Source: a plasmid. Taken from it: a stretch of DNA of 64,000 nt. The notes under the pieces are model-generated. The model was not told the origin of the DNA. It saw only the letters and a program-made list of their open reading frames with translations, and searched no databases. The translations under genes were made by a program, and so were the position numbers. The stretch's first letter is position 1. Every line of letters begins with the position of its first letter. This document shows positions 1-9,059 of the stretch, piece by piece. Location: sequence record NZ_CP014527.1, one strand, 5' to 3'.

Positions 1-23
1 AAATGTGTGTATATCTATTTGTT

Positions 24-647
24 ATGGATAGATATGTTTCCGTTGGCCGTGCGGCGGCCCTTCTTGGTGTCTCGGTCAGCACGCTCCGTCGCTGGGAGCG
101 GGAAGGCAAGCTTTTGCCGGAGCGGACGGCATCCGGCCACCGCCGTTATGCCCTGTCCCGGCTTCAATCCGGTCACGACGGCGAGGCAGCGGCGCAGAAG
201 CGTACCATTGCCTATGCGCGTGTTTCCAGTCATGACCAGAAAGCGGACCTTGAACGCCAGAAAAAGATACTGGAACTATACTGTGCCCGGCAAGGCTGGA
301 CCCATGAGGTTATAGCCGACCTTGGGTCCGGAATGAATTACCGCAAGAAAGGTCTCAAACGTCTTCTGGAAGATATCATGGCGGGCCGGGTCGGACGCCT
401 TGTCCTGACGCACAAGGACCGTCTTCTCCGCTTTGGTGCCGAGCTTGTGTTTGCGCTTTGTGAGGCCAGACAGGTGGAGGTTGTGATCCTCAACCAGGGT
501 GAGGACACCACCTTCGAGGAAGATCTGGCGAAAGATGTCCTTGAGATCATCACCGTGTTCAGCGCCCGTCTGTATGGGGCACGGTCCCGGAAGAACCAGA
601 GACTTCTGGAGGCTGTTGCAGAGGCGGTCAAGGATTCCCCGGCATGA
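24..647 (+). CDS. tnpA: IS607-family transposase TnpA (serine recombinase with N-terminal MerR-type HTH)
   Basis: N-terminal HTH 'VGRAAALLGVSVSTLRRWEREGKL'. Resolvase catalytic motif 'IAYARVSSHDQ' with active-site Ser. Likely start is the internal Met (MDRYVS) of ORF 3..647. Confidence 0.85.
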   Translation: MDRYVSVGRAAALLGVSVSTLRRWEREGKLLPERTASGHRRYALSRLQSGHDGEAAAQKRTIAYARVSSHDQKADLERQKKILELYCARQGWTHEVIADLGSGMNYRKKGLKRLLEDIMAGRVGRLVLTHKDRLLRFGAELVFALCEARQVEVVILNQGEDTTFEEDLAKDVLEIITVFSARLYGARSRKNQRLLEAVAEAVKDSPA

Positions 648-1846
648 TAACAGCCCATCGTATCGCGCTTGATCCCAACAATGTGCAGGCCACATATCTG
701 GCCCGCGCTGCCGGGACAGCCCGCTTTGCCTATAACTGGGCCCTGGCGGAGTGGGGGCGGCAGTATGCGGCATGGAAAGAGGACAACACCCTGCCAAAGC
801 CCTCGCAGTACGCCCTGCGCAAGCAGCTCAATGCCGTCAAGCGGGAGCAGTTTCCGTGGATGCTGGAGGTTACGAAGAATGCCCCCCAGATGGCCATCAT
901 CCAGCTTGGAGAGGCCTTCAGGAACTTCTTCGCGGGCCGTGCCCGTTATCCGAAGTTCCGCAAGAAAGGTGTACACGACCGCTTCACCCTGACCAACGAC
1001 CAGTTCACTATCGACGGTTCACACATCCGCATCCCCCATCTGGGCCGGGTGCGGATGCGCGAGGCGTTGCGCTTTACCGGCAAGATCATGTCAGCCACCG
1101 TGTCCCGTGTGGCCGACCGCTGGTTTGTCAGTCTTGCCGTGGAGACACCCGAGGAGCCATGCCTGCCCCACGCTGAAAACCAAGGTGCGGTGGGTGTGGA
1201 TCTCGGTGTCTCCGCACTGGCAACGCTCTCGACCGGGGACAGCCTTCCGGGACCCAAACCGCACAAGGCCGCGCTGAACCGTCTGCGCCGTTTGTCCCGG
1301 AGCCTGTCCCGGAAACAGAAAGGCTCCTCCAACCGCCGCAAGGCCCGGCAGAAGCTGGCCCGTCTTCACGCCCGGATCAGCAACATCCGCACCGATGCCC
1401 TGCACAAGCTCACCACAGCACTGGTCCGCAGATTTCACCTCATCGGCATCGAAGACCTGAATGTACGCGGCATGATGCGCAACCGGCATCTGGCCCGCGC
1501 CATTGCCGACATGAGCTTTCATGCTTTCAGGCGGCAACTGGAATACAAGATGGCACGGCGCGGGGGACGGGTTGTGGTTGCCGACAGGTGGTTTGCCAGC
1601 AGCAAGACCTGTTCGTGCTGTGGGCACAAACTCGAAAGCCTGCCTTTGGCAACACGGGCATGGGTGTGTCCCGTGTGCCGTACGCAGCATGATCGTGACG
1701 TGAATGCCGCGATCAACCTGAGACATCTGGCGGTGAGCTCCACCGTGTCAGCCTGTGGAGAGGAAAGCTCTGGCTTGGGTCGCAAGACCAAAGCGAAACT
1801 GGCCTCAGGGAAGCAGGAAGCAAGCAGCAGGTTTACTCATATATGA
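644..1846 (+). CDS. tnpB: TnpB (IS605/IS607 OrfB; RuvC-like RNA-guided nuclease family)
   Basis: 400 aa. C-terminal zinc ribbon 'CSCCGH...CPVCRTQHDRDVNAAINL' and a RuvC-III-like 'DVNAAINL' motif. ATGA overlap with tnpA. Confidence 0.85.
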   Translation: MITAHRIALDPNNVQATYLARAAGTARFAYNWALAEWGRQYAAWKEDNTLPKPSQYALRKQLNAVKREQFPWMLEVTKNAPQMAIIQLGEAFRNFFAGRARYPKFRKKGVHDRFTLTNDQFTIDGSHIRIPHLGRVRMREALRFTGKIMSATVSRVADRWFVSLAVETPEEPCLPHAENQGAVGVDLGVSALATLSTGDSLPGPKPHKAALNRLRRLSRSLSRKQKGSSNRRKARQKLARLHARISNIRTDALHKLTTALVRRFHLIGIEDLNVRGMMRNRHLARAIADMSFHAFRRQLEYKMARRGGRVVVADRWFASSKTCSCCGHKLESLPLATRAWVCPVCRTQHDRDVNAAINLRHLAVSSTVSACGEESSGLGRKTKAKLASGKQEASSRFTHI

Positions 1847-1902
1847 GTAGGTTTGCATAGGTATTGTAGAGCGGTTTCAGAAGGGCAGATTGTAACCGGA
1901 GG

Positions 1903-2592
1903 CTAGTCGGGGGGCTTGCGCTTGCGGGCTTCTTTCTGGTCCAGAATACGCCGATCCAGATCAGCATGCTTCCGTTCCGAGGCATTCCCGTAGCGCTCAA
2001 GGAGCGCAAGGCCCTCACGGACCTCACCCACCTCCCGCGCGGCCTTGTACATTTCACGCGCACTCGGCCACTCGAAGGGATAGCGGGCAAAGACCTTTGA
2101 ATCATCCATCTTCAGGTTCCACTGTGCCGAAGACAGAAAGGCATAGGCGTTGGATACTTGCTTCAGGAGGAACCGACCGTTATCAAAGGTCCGTTTGACG
2201 CAGCGGTTGACCACGAAGATAATGCCGTGTTCCCGAAGGAATTTCAGCGCCTTATAGACCGTTGTCCTGCCGTAGCCCGCCTTCTCTCCAAGCGTCTTGT
2301 AAGAGACTGCCAGCTCGCCGGTGTGCCAATTGATCGTTTCGAGGCAAGCCCGATAGACAGCGAGCACCGAACGGCCGCGTCCTTCATAACGCTGCACCTC
2401 TGGGCTTGCTGCGAGTTGCTCCTTCCAGCGCAAAACAGTCTTTCTCGGCGGCGGCTTGCCGAACTTGACAAGATGCTTCTCGAAGGCACCTCGGCGGCAC
2501 TGCCACTTCGGACCGTCCGGCAAGCCGAACGGGGGCGTGAGCCGGAAGCCTGTGAGGTGGTTTGTTAAAGACGATGTAGACACAAACGGCAT
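1903..2592 (-). CDS. Winged-helix HTH protein, possibly a plasmid replication/regulatory protein
   Basis: 229-aa ORF with 'GYGRTTVYKALKFLREHGII' winged-helix-like segment. No catalytic motif recognised. N-terminal extent uncertain. Confidence 0.3.
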   Translation of the reverse strand: MPFVSTSSLTNHLTGFRLTPPFGLPDGPKWQCRRGAFEKHLVKFGKPPPRKTVLRWKEQLAASPEVQRYEGRGRSVLAVYRACLETINWHTGELAVSYKTLGEKAGYGRTTVYKALKFLREHGIIFVVNRCVKRTFDNGRFLLKQVSNAYAFLSSAQWNLKMDDSKVFARYPFEWPSAREMYKAAREVGEVREGLALLERYGNASERKHADLDRRILDQKEARKRKPPD

Positions 2593-2927
2593 CCCGATTT
2601 TCGGGGCCGGTTCAACTTGTTTTGCTGGTGCTTCAAGAGTGATTGACTTGGCTGAAGCCGCGCCCTATCTTGGGCTTTGCGGTAACGCCTGCATTCACTG
2701 GCACCAGCAGCGCAAGTTGTTCCAGCCAAGTATTTCACAGTGGATGTGCCGCAAACCGTTGGCGCGGTAGGCAACACAGCCCGGGGATGACCCCGGGCTT
2801 TTTCTTTGTCCGTCATTTTGGCTGGCGTGTAAAGCGTTGTATGTAAAGTGGCGGATCCACATCCCGGTTTACCCCTTCCCCCACGGGCGGCTCGAGCAAG
2901 CCAATCCCTGTTGTCTGCTGTACATTC

Positions 2928-3176
2928 CTACGAGGTGGCCCGCGTTCCGACCGGATCCGGCACAGCGTTGTTTGCCGCTTCAACAGGACCGGGTTCCCGG
3001 CTGTCGGCACGTGAATCGAGCAGAATCATCTCACCGGATCCGGCGGTCAGGATAATTTCTGTGGCATACCGGTCCCGGCCGTCAGCATCCGTCCATTTCC
3101 GGGTCTGCAACTGGCCTTCGATATACACACGTGATCCGCTTGCGCAGATACTTCCCGGCCACGACACGGCGCCCAC
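2928..3176 (-). pseudogene. ssb: ssb (single-stranded DNA-binding protein) remnant
   Basis: '[29 protein letters not shown]' matches the conserved OB-fold core of bacterial SSB. No N-terminal half and no acidic DDDIPF tail. GTG-initiated ORF preceded by an in-frame stop. Confidence 0.4.
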
Positions 3177-3189
3177 CGGACTTCACAGT

Positions 3190-3490
3190 CAATGACAACA
3201 CAATGGAATGTCAAAGCGCGTGAAACAGGGACCCATCTCGCAAGACGGGACAGGAGACATGTATAACCACGAACAGGGATGCAAACGAGTTTGGCGAGTG
3301 TTTATGCGCCAGTCTCAAAGAATCTCGAAGTTTCTCAGAGAATCTCCAAGAATCTCAAAGTTTCTACGTCGTACCCACCGGCAGGATAGAGGAGGTGGGC
3401 CCACCTCCTGTCCTCATTCGATGAGGATGCTTGTTCGCACGGTCCGGCCGTGCTCAACGCAAGCGTGAGAAAGAGGGAGCTTTTTAACCG
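3190..3490. repeat. ~300-bp noncoding repeat element, copy 1 (second copy 9060-9366)
   Basis: ~75% identity over the first half and ~95% over 3355-3490 vs 9231-9366. Contains an 11-bp-periodic direct repeat array (3301-3365). Contains a perfect 20-bp palindrome aggaggtgggcccacctcct (3390-3409). Contains a second hairpin gcacggccgggccgtgc. Confidence 0.7.
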
Positions 3491-3615
3491 GACGACAGGC
3501 TGTTTTTTGGACGACGGACTCTTGCACAAAACATGTTATTATAGTAACGACTTTTATTTAGCGCGTTTAAGTAGAAAGTATCGCGCATCCTACCGGGAAA
3601 CTTAGGAGAAAACCC

Positions 3616-4626
3616 ATGGCAAACCTAGTATCGGCCTTAGGCCAAACCAAGGCAAATCATGATGCTACAAATGACACTCTGTACGGCGTAGGCGGAGACG
3701 GAGATGACAGGCTCGAGGGAGGTAGGGGAAATGACTTCCTGTATGGTGGTGCAGGAGACGACGCCCTGCACGGCGGAGACGGAGACGACCGTCTGTCCGG
3801 CGGATATGGAGACGACACCCTGAATGGTGGGGAGGGAGATGACAAGCTCGAGGGAGGTGAGGGGAATGATACCCTCTATGGAGGGTTTGGCAGTGATGTC
3901 TTGGATGGCGGTAGGGGAAATGATCACCTGTATGGTGGCGCAGGAGACGACACCCTGTACGGCGGAGACGGAGACGACATCCTGAATGGTGGGGAGGGAG
4001 ATGACAGGCTCGAGGGAGGTAGGGGAAATGACTTCCTGTATGGTGGTGCAGGAGACGACGCCCTGCACGGCGGAGACGGAGACGACCGCCTGTACGGCGG
4101 AGACGGAGACGACCGCCTGCACGGTGGAGGCGGAGACGACATCCTGAATGGTGGGGAGGGAGATGACAGGCTCGAGGGAGGCGAGGGGAATGATATCCTC
4201 TATGGAGGGTTTGACAATGATGTCCTGGATGGCGGTAGGGGGAATGACTTCCTGTATGGTGGCGCAGGAGACGACACCCTGTACGGCGGAGACGGAGATG
4301 ACATCCTGTATAGCGGGTCCGGTAATGATACCTTGTATGGTGGGGCAGGTGCCGACCAATTTATCTACACGTCGACATCATTGGGCAGCGATGTTGTACT
4401 GGATTTCAATGCTGCAGAAGGAGATCGTATCCGTCTTGATATTGAAACCTCATCTGGCACGCGTCTGACATGGAGCGACAGTGGGCCGCAAAAACTGTCA
4501 ATGTGGGCCGAGCCATCTGATGGAGGTATGGTTCTGCGCGCTGATATTGACTGCAATACTGATGCAGATATCAGTATCAACCTGCAAGGCGTTTCTGATC
4601 TGGGGCCAGATGCCTTGATTCTCTAA
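3616..4626 (+). CDS. RTX (repeats-in-toxin) calcium-binding protein, hemolysin-type GGxGxDxUx nonapeptide repeats
   Basis: ~35 tandem 'GGxGNDxLxGGxGDD' nonapeptides. ~300-bp internal duplication at DNA level (3715 vs 4015). Non-repeat C-terminal ~90 aa consistent with a type I secretion signal. Confidence 0.85.
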   Translation: MANLVSALGQTKANHDATNDTLYGVGGDGDDRLEGGRGNDFLYGGAGDDALHGGDGDDRLSGGYGDDTLNGGEGDDKLEGGEGNDTLYGGFGSDVLDGGRGNDHLYGGAGDDTLYGGDGDDILNGGEGDDRLEGGRGNDFLYGGAGDDALHGGDGDDRLYGGDGDDRLHGGGGDDILNGGEGDDRLEGGEGNDILYGGFDNDVLDGGRGNDFLYGGAGDDTLYGGDGDDILYSGSGNDTLYGGAGADQFIYTSTSLGSDVVLDFNAAEGDRIRLDIETSSGTRLTWSDSGPQKLSMWAEPSDGGMVLRADIDCNTDADISINLQGVSDLGPDALIL

Positions 4627-4749
4627 GGGCGCGGGCTGCCCCAATTCTTTCTGCTACGCTTGGTGAAGTTCGACAAATAGGCCATTTCCAACCGGAATGG
4701 GGTCTGATTTCGTTTGTTTCGTTTACAATGACCTTCACCTCTCTTTCCC

Positions 4750-4890
4750 TTAACCCCGGCGCGAAAATCTTCAGTCACCAGAGCCAGGGAGGGGGGCGAA
4801 TATTCGCTGAGCTGTCCGGCATAGCCGCGCCCGTCAACGAACAGGTTGATATTTTTCAGAACGTCGCGCGCGGCCATCAGTGAAAGGCCT
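4750..4890 (-). pseudogene. P2-like phage major tail tube protein (FII family) N-terminal fragment
   Basis: 'LKNINLFVDGRGYAGQLSEYSPPSLALVTEDFRAGV' matches the FII tail-tube N-terminus pattern (LNLFxDGxxYxG...TEDYRAGG). The ORF then continues into unrelated sequence. Confidence 0.4.
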
Positions 4891-5047
4891 CCTTGATCGG
4901 GGGCGAGGTTTGCCGCGCCCCCGATCAATTTATTTTTCCCCGTCGTAAAAACGGCCGTTTATGCAGATGGTAGAACACGCTGGCGCGAAAGAATTGCGTA
5001 TTTTTAACTGGAATATGGGAGAAGCCTGATTGCAGGCTACACCGATC

Positions 5048-5323
5048 TTATTCGTCGAAAAGATCGGTGTGCCGTCCAGTTCGTTCAAAGCGGACAACAT
5101 TGCCATTGATTTTGTAGATCAGAAGCCAGTCCGACTCAATGTGGGCATCCCGGTAGCTACGCCACCGCCCTTTAAGCGGGTGGTCGAGATACGTGGCAGG
5201 CAACGGCGTACCTGCTATCAGCAGCTCTATCAGAACCTTGAGCTTGCTCATGTCCTTGCCACGCCTTCCAGAAGCCTTGACGTCACGCTTGAACTGGCCA
5301 GAATACTCCGGGTGCCGCATCAA
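5048..5323 (-). CDS. yafQ: Type II toxin YafQ (RelE/ParE superfamily mRNA interferase)
   Basis: 91 aa. 'EYSGQFKRDVK...DHPLKGRWRSYRDAHIESDWLLIYKI...RFERTGRHTDLF' is collinear with E. coli YafQ. 4-nt overlap with the upstream antitoxin gene. Confidence 0.85.
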   Translation of the reverse strand: MMRHPEYSGQFKRDVKASGRRGKDMSKLKVLIELLIAGTPLPATYLDHPLKGRWRSYRDAHIESDWLLIYKINGNVVRFERTGRHTDLFDE

Positions 5324-5580
5324 ATACCCAGCTGGGCAAACAGATCATCCGCATCGTTGGCATGGTGAACATCTTCACCATGCTCACTTTTCGCCAGCGT
5401 TTCCGCCGTCAGTGCGTTAGGAACGCGCATGTCGAATGGCAGCGTCTTTTCTTTGGCGATTTTGGTGAGGGCAATGCGCACTACATCGGACACAGTAAGC
5501 CCCATACCCGCCAGTACGGCAGCGGCTTCGTTTTTTAGCGTCTCGTCGATCCGGGCGCGGACAAATGCATTTGCTTTCAT
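5320..5580 (-). CDS. dinJ: Type II antitoxin DinJ (RelB/DinJ family)
   Basis: From internal Met: 'MKANAFVRARIDETLKNEAAAVLAGMGLTVSDVVRIALTKIAKEKTLPFDMRVPN...DADDLFAQLGI', collinear with E. coli DinJ. Confidence 0.85.
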   Translation of the reverse strand: MKANAFVRARIDETLKNEAAAVLAGMGLTVSDVVRIALTKIAKEKTLPFDMRVPNALTAETLAKSEHGEDVHHANDADDLFAQLGI

Positions 5581-5804
5581 GGGACGCCTTGGTTCCATTG
5601 GGAGCCTCGCATTCAGGGTGAGATAACACTGTAGCTCAAATGAACCACTTTTGCAAGGCACCTCTTTTTAACCATCTCTTTCTTTTTTTCAGCCACTTGA
5701 CGCACAGCTTTCAGCATATATACGAAAGAACAACGTCCTTGACGTTCAGATTATTTTAACTGATATAAGATGTCATCTTAATATTAAAAAAGGATCTGAA
5801 TGAG

Positions 5805-6446
5805 ATGATAATAACGGTTGGTAATACAAAAGGTGGCGTGGGCAAAACTACGATATCGGTTAATTTGGCGGTCGCCCGCGCATTGTCCGGTCGCGATGTA
5901 TGGTTGATTGATGGTGACCGACAGGGTACGGCGCAAACTGCAATCAGTATCCGGGCTGAAGCGGGGTACGCTCCGGGGATTGCTTGTGCCACTTATCCGG
6001 ATGGCCCGACATTGCGGTCACAGGTTCAGCAACAGGCATCCAGATTTAATGATGTGATTATCGATGCTGGCGGACGTGACTCAACTGCATTGCGTGCTGC
6101 CCTTGTACTGTCTGATGTGCTTCTGGTTCCATTCCAGCCTCGGAGTTATGACGTGTGGGCACTCAACGATATTGCGGCACTGGTTGATGAGGCCAGAAGT
6201 GTGCGTGATGGTCTGCGGTGCTTTGCCGTTCTTAATTGCGCCGATCCGGGCGAGCATTCAACAGACAACATAGAAGCTGCCGCTGCGGTCGCTGAAGTTC
6301 CCCAATTTGAATACCTCCCAACTCCTTTGCGTCGTCGCAAAGCTTTTGCTAATGCCGCAGGTTCGGGGCAAAGCGTTCTTGAATTGAGGCCGCAGGATCA
6401 CAAGGCGACAGCCGAGGTAAATAACCTTATTAACGCATTGTTTTAA
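5805..6446 (+). CDS. parA: Plasmid partition ATPase ParA (Walker-type, type Ib)
   Basis: Deviant Walker A 'GNTKGGVGKTTISVNLA'. 213 aa, typical of small ParA/ParF-like proteins. Confidence 0.85.
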   Translation: MIITVGNTKGGVGKTTISVNLAVARALSGRDVWLIDGDRQGTAQTAISIRAEAGYAPGIACATYPDGPTLRSQVQQQASRFNDVIIDAGGRDSTALRAALVLSDVLLVPFQPRSYDVWALNDIAALVDEARSVRDGLRCFAVLNCADPGEHSTDNIEAAAAVAEVPQFEYLPTPLRRRKAFANAAGSGQSVLELRPQDHKATAEVNNLINALF

Positions 6447-6485
6447 TATTAAAAAGATATCTAAATAGAGTTGTAAGGGGTTTAA

Positions 6486-6752
6486 ATGGCTATTACGAAG
6501 AAACCAGTCAAGCCTGTTGCAGGTTCATCCTTTGCCCCTGTCGATGCCTTTATCTCAGGTGCTCCGGATGCTGATCAGGGGCCGCGTCGTGTCCGCAAGG
6601 GACGCAAGGTCCAGATTACACTAACAATCACAGAACCCTTGTTGGCTCGCGTGGATGAGCTGGCCGGACATCTTGGGCAAAGCAGGGCCGCTGTGATTAA
6701 TCTGGCTGTTATGCAGATGCTTCAAACAGGCTTGCGTATTGATGGCGAATAA
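6486..6752 (+). CDS. ParG-like ribbon-helix-helix partition protein (centromere-binding partner of ParA)
   Basis: 88 aa, immediately downstream of parA. Disordered basic N-terminus followed by a CopG/RHH-like C-terminus 'VQITLTITEPLLARVDELAGHLGQSRAAVINLAV'. Confidence 0.5.
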   Translation: MAITKKPVKPVAGSSFAPVDAFISGAPDADQGPRRVRKGRKVQITLTITEPLLARVDELAGHLGQSRAAVINLAVMQMLQTGLRIDGE

Positions 6753-6869
6753 TCTGCCTTCGCGTGTTGCCTTGTCTTCCTTGAAGAAGCAGAAAAAAAT
6801 AACGTTTCTGCGCTGAATGCATTTCTGACGCCATGCCAATACCACCCGGCATGGCGTTCTGATTCAGAT

Positions 6870-8576
6870 TCAGACCGTTTTCTTTTTCTGTTTTGCCTTT
6901 GCCTTTGCCGGTTTTGGTATGTCTTTCAGCTCGACCGTGGCGGCCCTCGACCATGGCTCGGGGATCAGGTCCCATGGCATGATGGCGGTGTTGAGCTTCA
7001 GCAGTTCAGGCACGTTGATATCAGCCGTGCACCAGAGGCGGACCGGCTCGTCATCGGCATTGCGTTCCACATGAACAAGCAGCCGGTTGATACAGGTGCG
7101 CACAAGAACGGTGGACAGGCCGTCGGACGGATCGTGCTTCAGGCGGGCCAGAAGGCGTTTCCAGCGGTTCAGGCTTTCGTTGGCAAGGTCGGTGCGGAAA
7201 ATCAGCTTGTCCAGTTCCCGCTGGTGCGTATAGAGCTGAAGGCGTGCGTTGGTGATCTGCTTTTCCTTGTCGTCCAGAAAGGACCGGATGACGGGGCGGT
7301 TGGTCCGGTTTCCGAGATCGGACAGCAGTGCCTTGACCTCATCTGTTGCCTGGTCGATCTGTTGTTGCAGCCGTTCAATGGCGCTTTCGTGGCGTTGCCG
7401 GTCCGGTGAAAGCGTCTCCTGAAAGGTGCGGATGGTGTCCAGATCAACCGTATTCAGCGCCTCCAGACCTTGGACAATGATGGTTTCGCGCGGGATCATC
7501 CACAAGGCGGTCCGGCGTGATCCATAATAACCCGGCGGGGCGGCGGTCAACGGGTGGCCGGTTTCGGCGCACCGCAAGCGGCGCGTGAAGAACCAGCTTC
7601 CGGTCTGGCCGGTCTTCATCTGGAGCGAGCGGGCCTTGCGCTGGCGTTCCATCGCCCGTTCCCGGCTGCGGGCCTTGGCATCGGCGGCGCGGATATGACG
7701 CATGGAAGACCGGTCTTCAATCATGCGCTGGACCGCATCGAACAGGTCCTCGTCCACAATCGCGAGCTCCGGAACCGGTATCCGCAGCCATTCACTTTGA
7801 GGCCGCACAACACAGTTCCGTTTTCCGGTTTCGGGATTGACCCGGTATTCCTGCCGGTTCCAGGTGATCCAGCCTTTGTACAACGTATGGCGCAGGACGC
7901 CGGTTTGCCGGGACGCCGTTCCGACCAGAGCGGATATGGACCACGTTCCGCCACGCGGCGATGCAATGCCGTCGTCGTTCAGGCCTTCACAGATTTCACT
8001 CAAGATCGCGCCGTCATGGTACTCGCTGTAGATACGCCGGATGACCTCCGCCTCCCCCGGATGAATCTCGCGCTCGCCACGGACCAGTTCGCCTTTTTCA
8101 TCCAGGCGGTGTTTGGTGCGATAGCCATAGCACAAGCCGCCGGGGATCTTCCCGCGCAGCGTGATGGCCCGCAACCCGCGCCGGGTCTTGTCGGCAAGGT
8201 CCCGCAGGTACAGCGCGTTCATCGTGCCTTTCAGACCGATATGCAGCTCGTTGATGGTGCCGTCCGCGATGGTTTCAATATCGATCCCCATGAAGCGCAG
8301 TTTCTCGTACAGCGCGGCGATATCGGACTGGCTGCGGGACAGGCGTGACAAGTCCTCGCTCAACACTTTCTCGAATTCACCGGCCAGGGCGGCGGCAACC
8401 AGCGCCTTGGCATTCTCGCGGTGGGACATGGTGGCTCCTGACAACGCCTCGTCGGCGAAAATGTGGGATACCGTCCACCCCCGGTCTGCGCAAAACTGGA
8501 TACACCGGGCCACCTGATCGGCGCTGGATGTGTCCTGTTTGTCGGTGCTGTGGCGCGCGTAAATGGCGACCAGCAT
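6870..8576 (-). CDS. Large serine recombinase (resolvase catalytic domain + recombinase domain + C-terminal coiled-coil)
   Basis: 'MLVAIYARHSTDKQD' catalytic Ser motif. ~570 aa with a long C-terminal extension. Start taken at the internal Met of ORF 6870..8615. Confidence 0.8.
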   Translation of the reverse strand: MLVAIYARHSTDKQDTSSADQVARCIQFCADRGWTVSHIFADEALSGATMSHRENAKALVAAALAGEFEKVLSEDLSRLSRSQSDIAALYEKLRFMGIDIETIADGTINELHIGLKGTMNALYLRDLADKTRRGLRAITLRGKIPGGLCYGYRTKHRLDEKGELVRGEREIHPGEAEVIRRIYSEYHDGAILSEICEGLNDDGIASPRGGTWSISALVGTASRQTGVLRHTLYKGWITWNRQEYRVNPETGKRNCVVRPQSEWLRIPVPELAIVDEDLFDAVQRMIEDRSSMRHIRAADAKARSRERAMERQRKARSLQMKTGQTGSWFFTRRLRCAETGHPLTAAPPGYYGSRRTALWMIPRETIIVQGLEALNTVDLDTIRTFQETLSPDRQRHESAIERLQQQIDQATDEVKALLSDLGNRTNRPVIRSFLDDKEKQITNARLQLYTHQRELDKLIFRTDLANESLNRWKRLLARLKHDPSDGLSTVLVRTCINRLLVHVERNADDEPVRLWCTADINVPELLKLNTAIMPWDLIPEPWSRAATVELKDIPKPAKAKAKQKKKTV

Positions 8577-8655
8577 GACGTTTCCTCCGGTCTGTGTCGT
8601 ATGTATACACGACATTTAACCGGTTGACGGGCAACGGGGAAAGGGCGGATGACGA

Positions 8656-8988
8656 TCAGGGGGTGTTGGCAGCCTGTGCAGCGGCTTCGGCTTCACGGCG
8701 GCGCTTGACCCGGATAATCTTGCGGGCGATGCGGTAAACATCTCCCCAGATCTCGTCGACAGAAACCGCAGGATCGGTGTCACGACCGTCCCAGCCCATG
8801 GCAACCGCCGTCCCGACATCAACGCGGGGCGGCAGAAGTTCAGGCGGAATATGGGCGATGATCTCATCCATGCTTGGCACAATGTCGTCATAGTCATCGG
8901 CGTCTTCCGGTGAAACGGTCAGCCAGTCCACACCATGAAAGATACCGTTGCCTATGAAAGGCAGGCCTTCGTTGTCCTGTACGCTGCT
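8656..8988 (-). CDS. Hypothetical protein (acidic, upstream of and co-oriented with the large serine recombinase)
   Basis: ORF 8656..9069 from internal Met 'MSSVQDNEGLPFIGN'. No recognisable domain. Confidence 0.35.
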   Translation of the reverse strand, partial: SSVQDNEGLPFIGNGIFHGVDWLTVSPEDADDYDDIVPSMDEIIAHIPPELLPPRVDVGTAVAMGWDGRDTDPAVSVDEIWGDVYRIARKIIRVKRRREAEAAAQAANTP

Positions 8989-9059
8989 CATTGCTGTTGT
9001 CCTTTCCTGGATACAGTGCGGGGGTGCGCAACCAGATACCCCAGCCTTCACAGCTAGCG

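Larger units (their letters stand above)
1..1875 (+). mobile_element. IS607-family insertion sequence, copy 1 (tnpA + tnpB); left boundary at or beyond window start
   Basis: Sequence 1-1875 is identical to 22441-24315. It carries a MerR-HTH serine recombinase gene followed, with a 4-nt overlap, by a tnpB (OrfB_IS605) gene. No terminal inverted repeats, as expected for IS607. Confidence 0.85.

Noticed and set aside
276-1726. Several 130-212-aa ORFs antisense to IS607 tnpA/tnpB (duplicated at 22716-24166)
   Set aside because: Fully overlapped by the well-supported tnpA/tnpB genes. High-GC antisense frames commonly stay open by chance.
3637-4359. 240-aa ORF on the minus strand opposite the RTX gene (plus two 62-72-aa Ser/Pro-rich ORFs)
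   Set aside because: The tandem nonapeptide-encoding repeats keep every frame open. The antisense translations are low-complexity and the plus-strand RTX reading is the one with a recognisable motif.
7554-8348. 264-aa plus-strand ORF inside the large serine recombinase gene
   Set aside because: Antisense, Ala/Gly/Arg-rich, typical spurious high-GC ORF.
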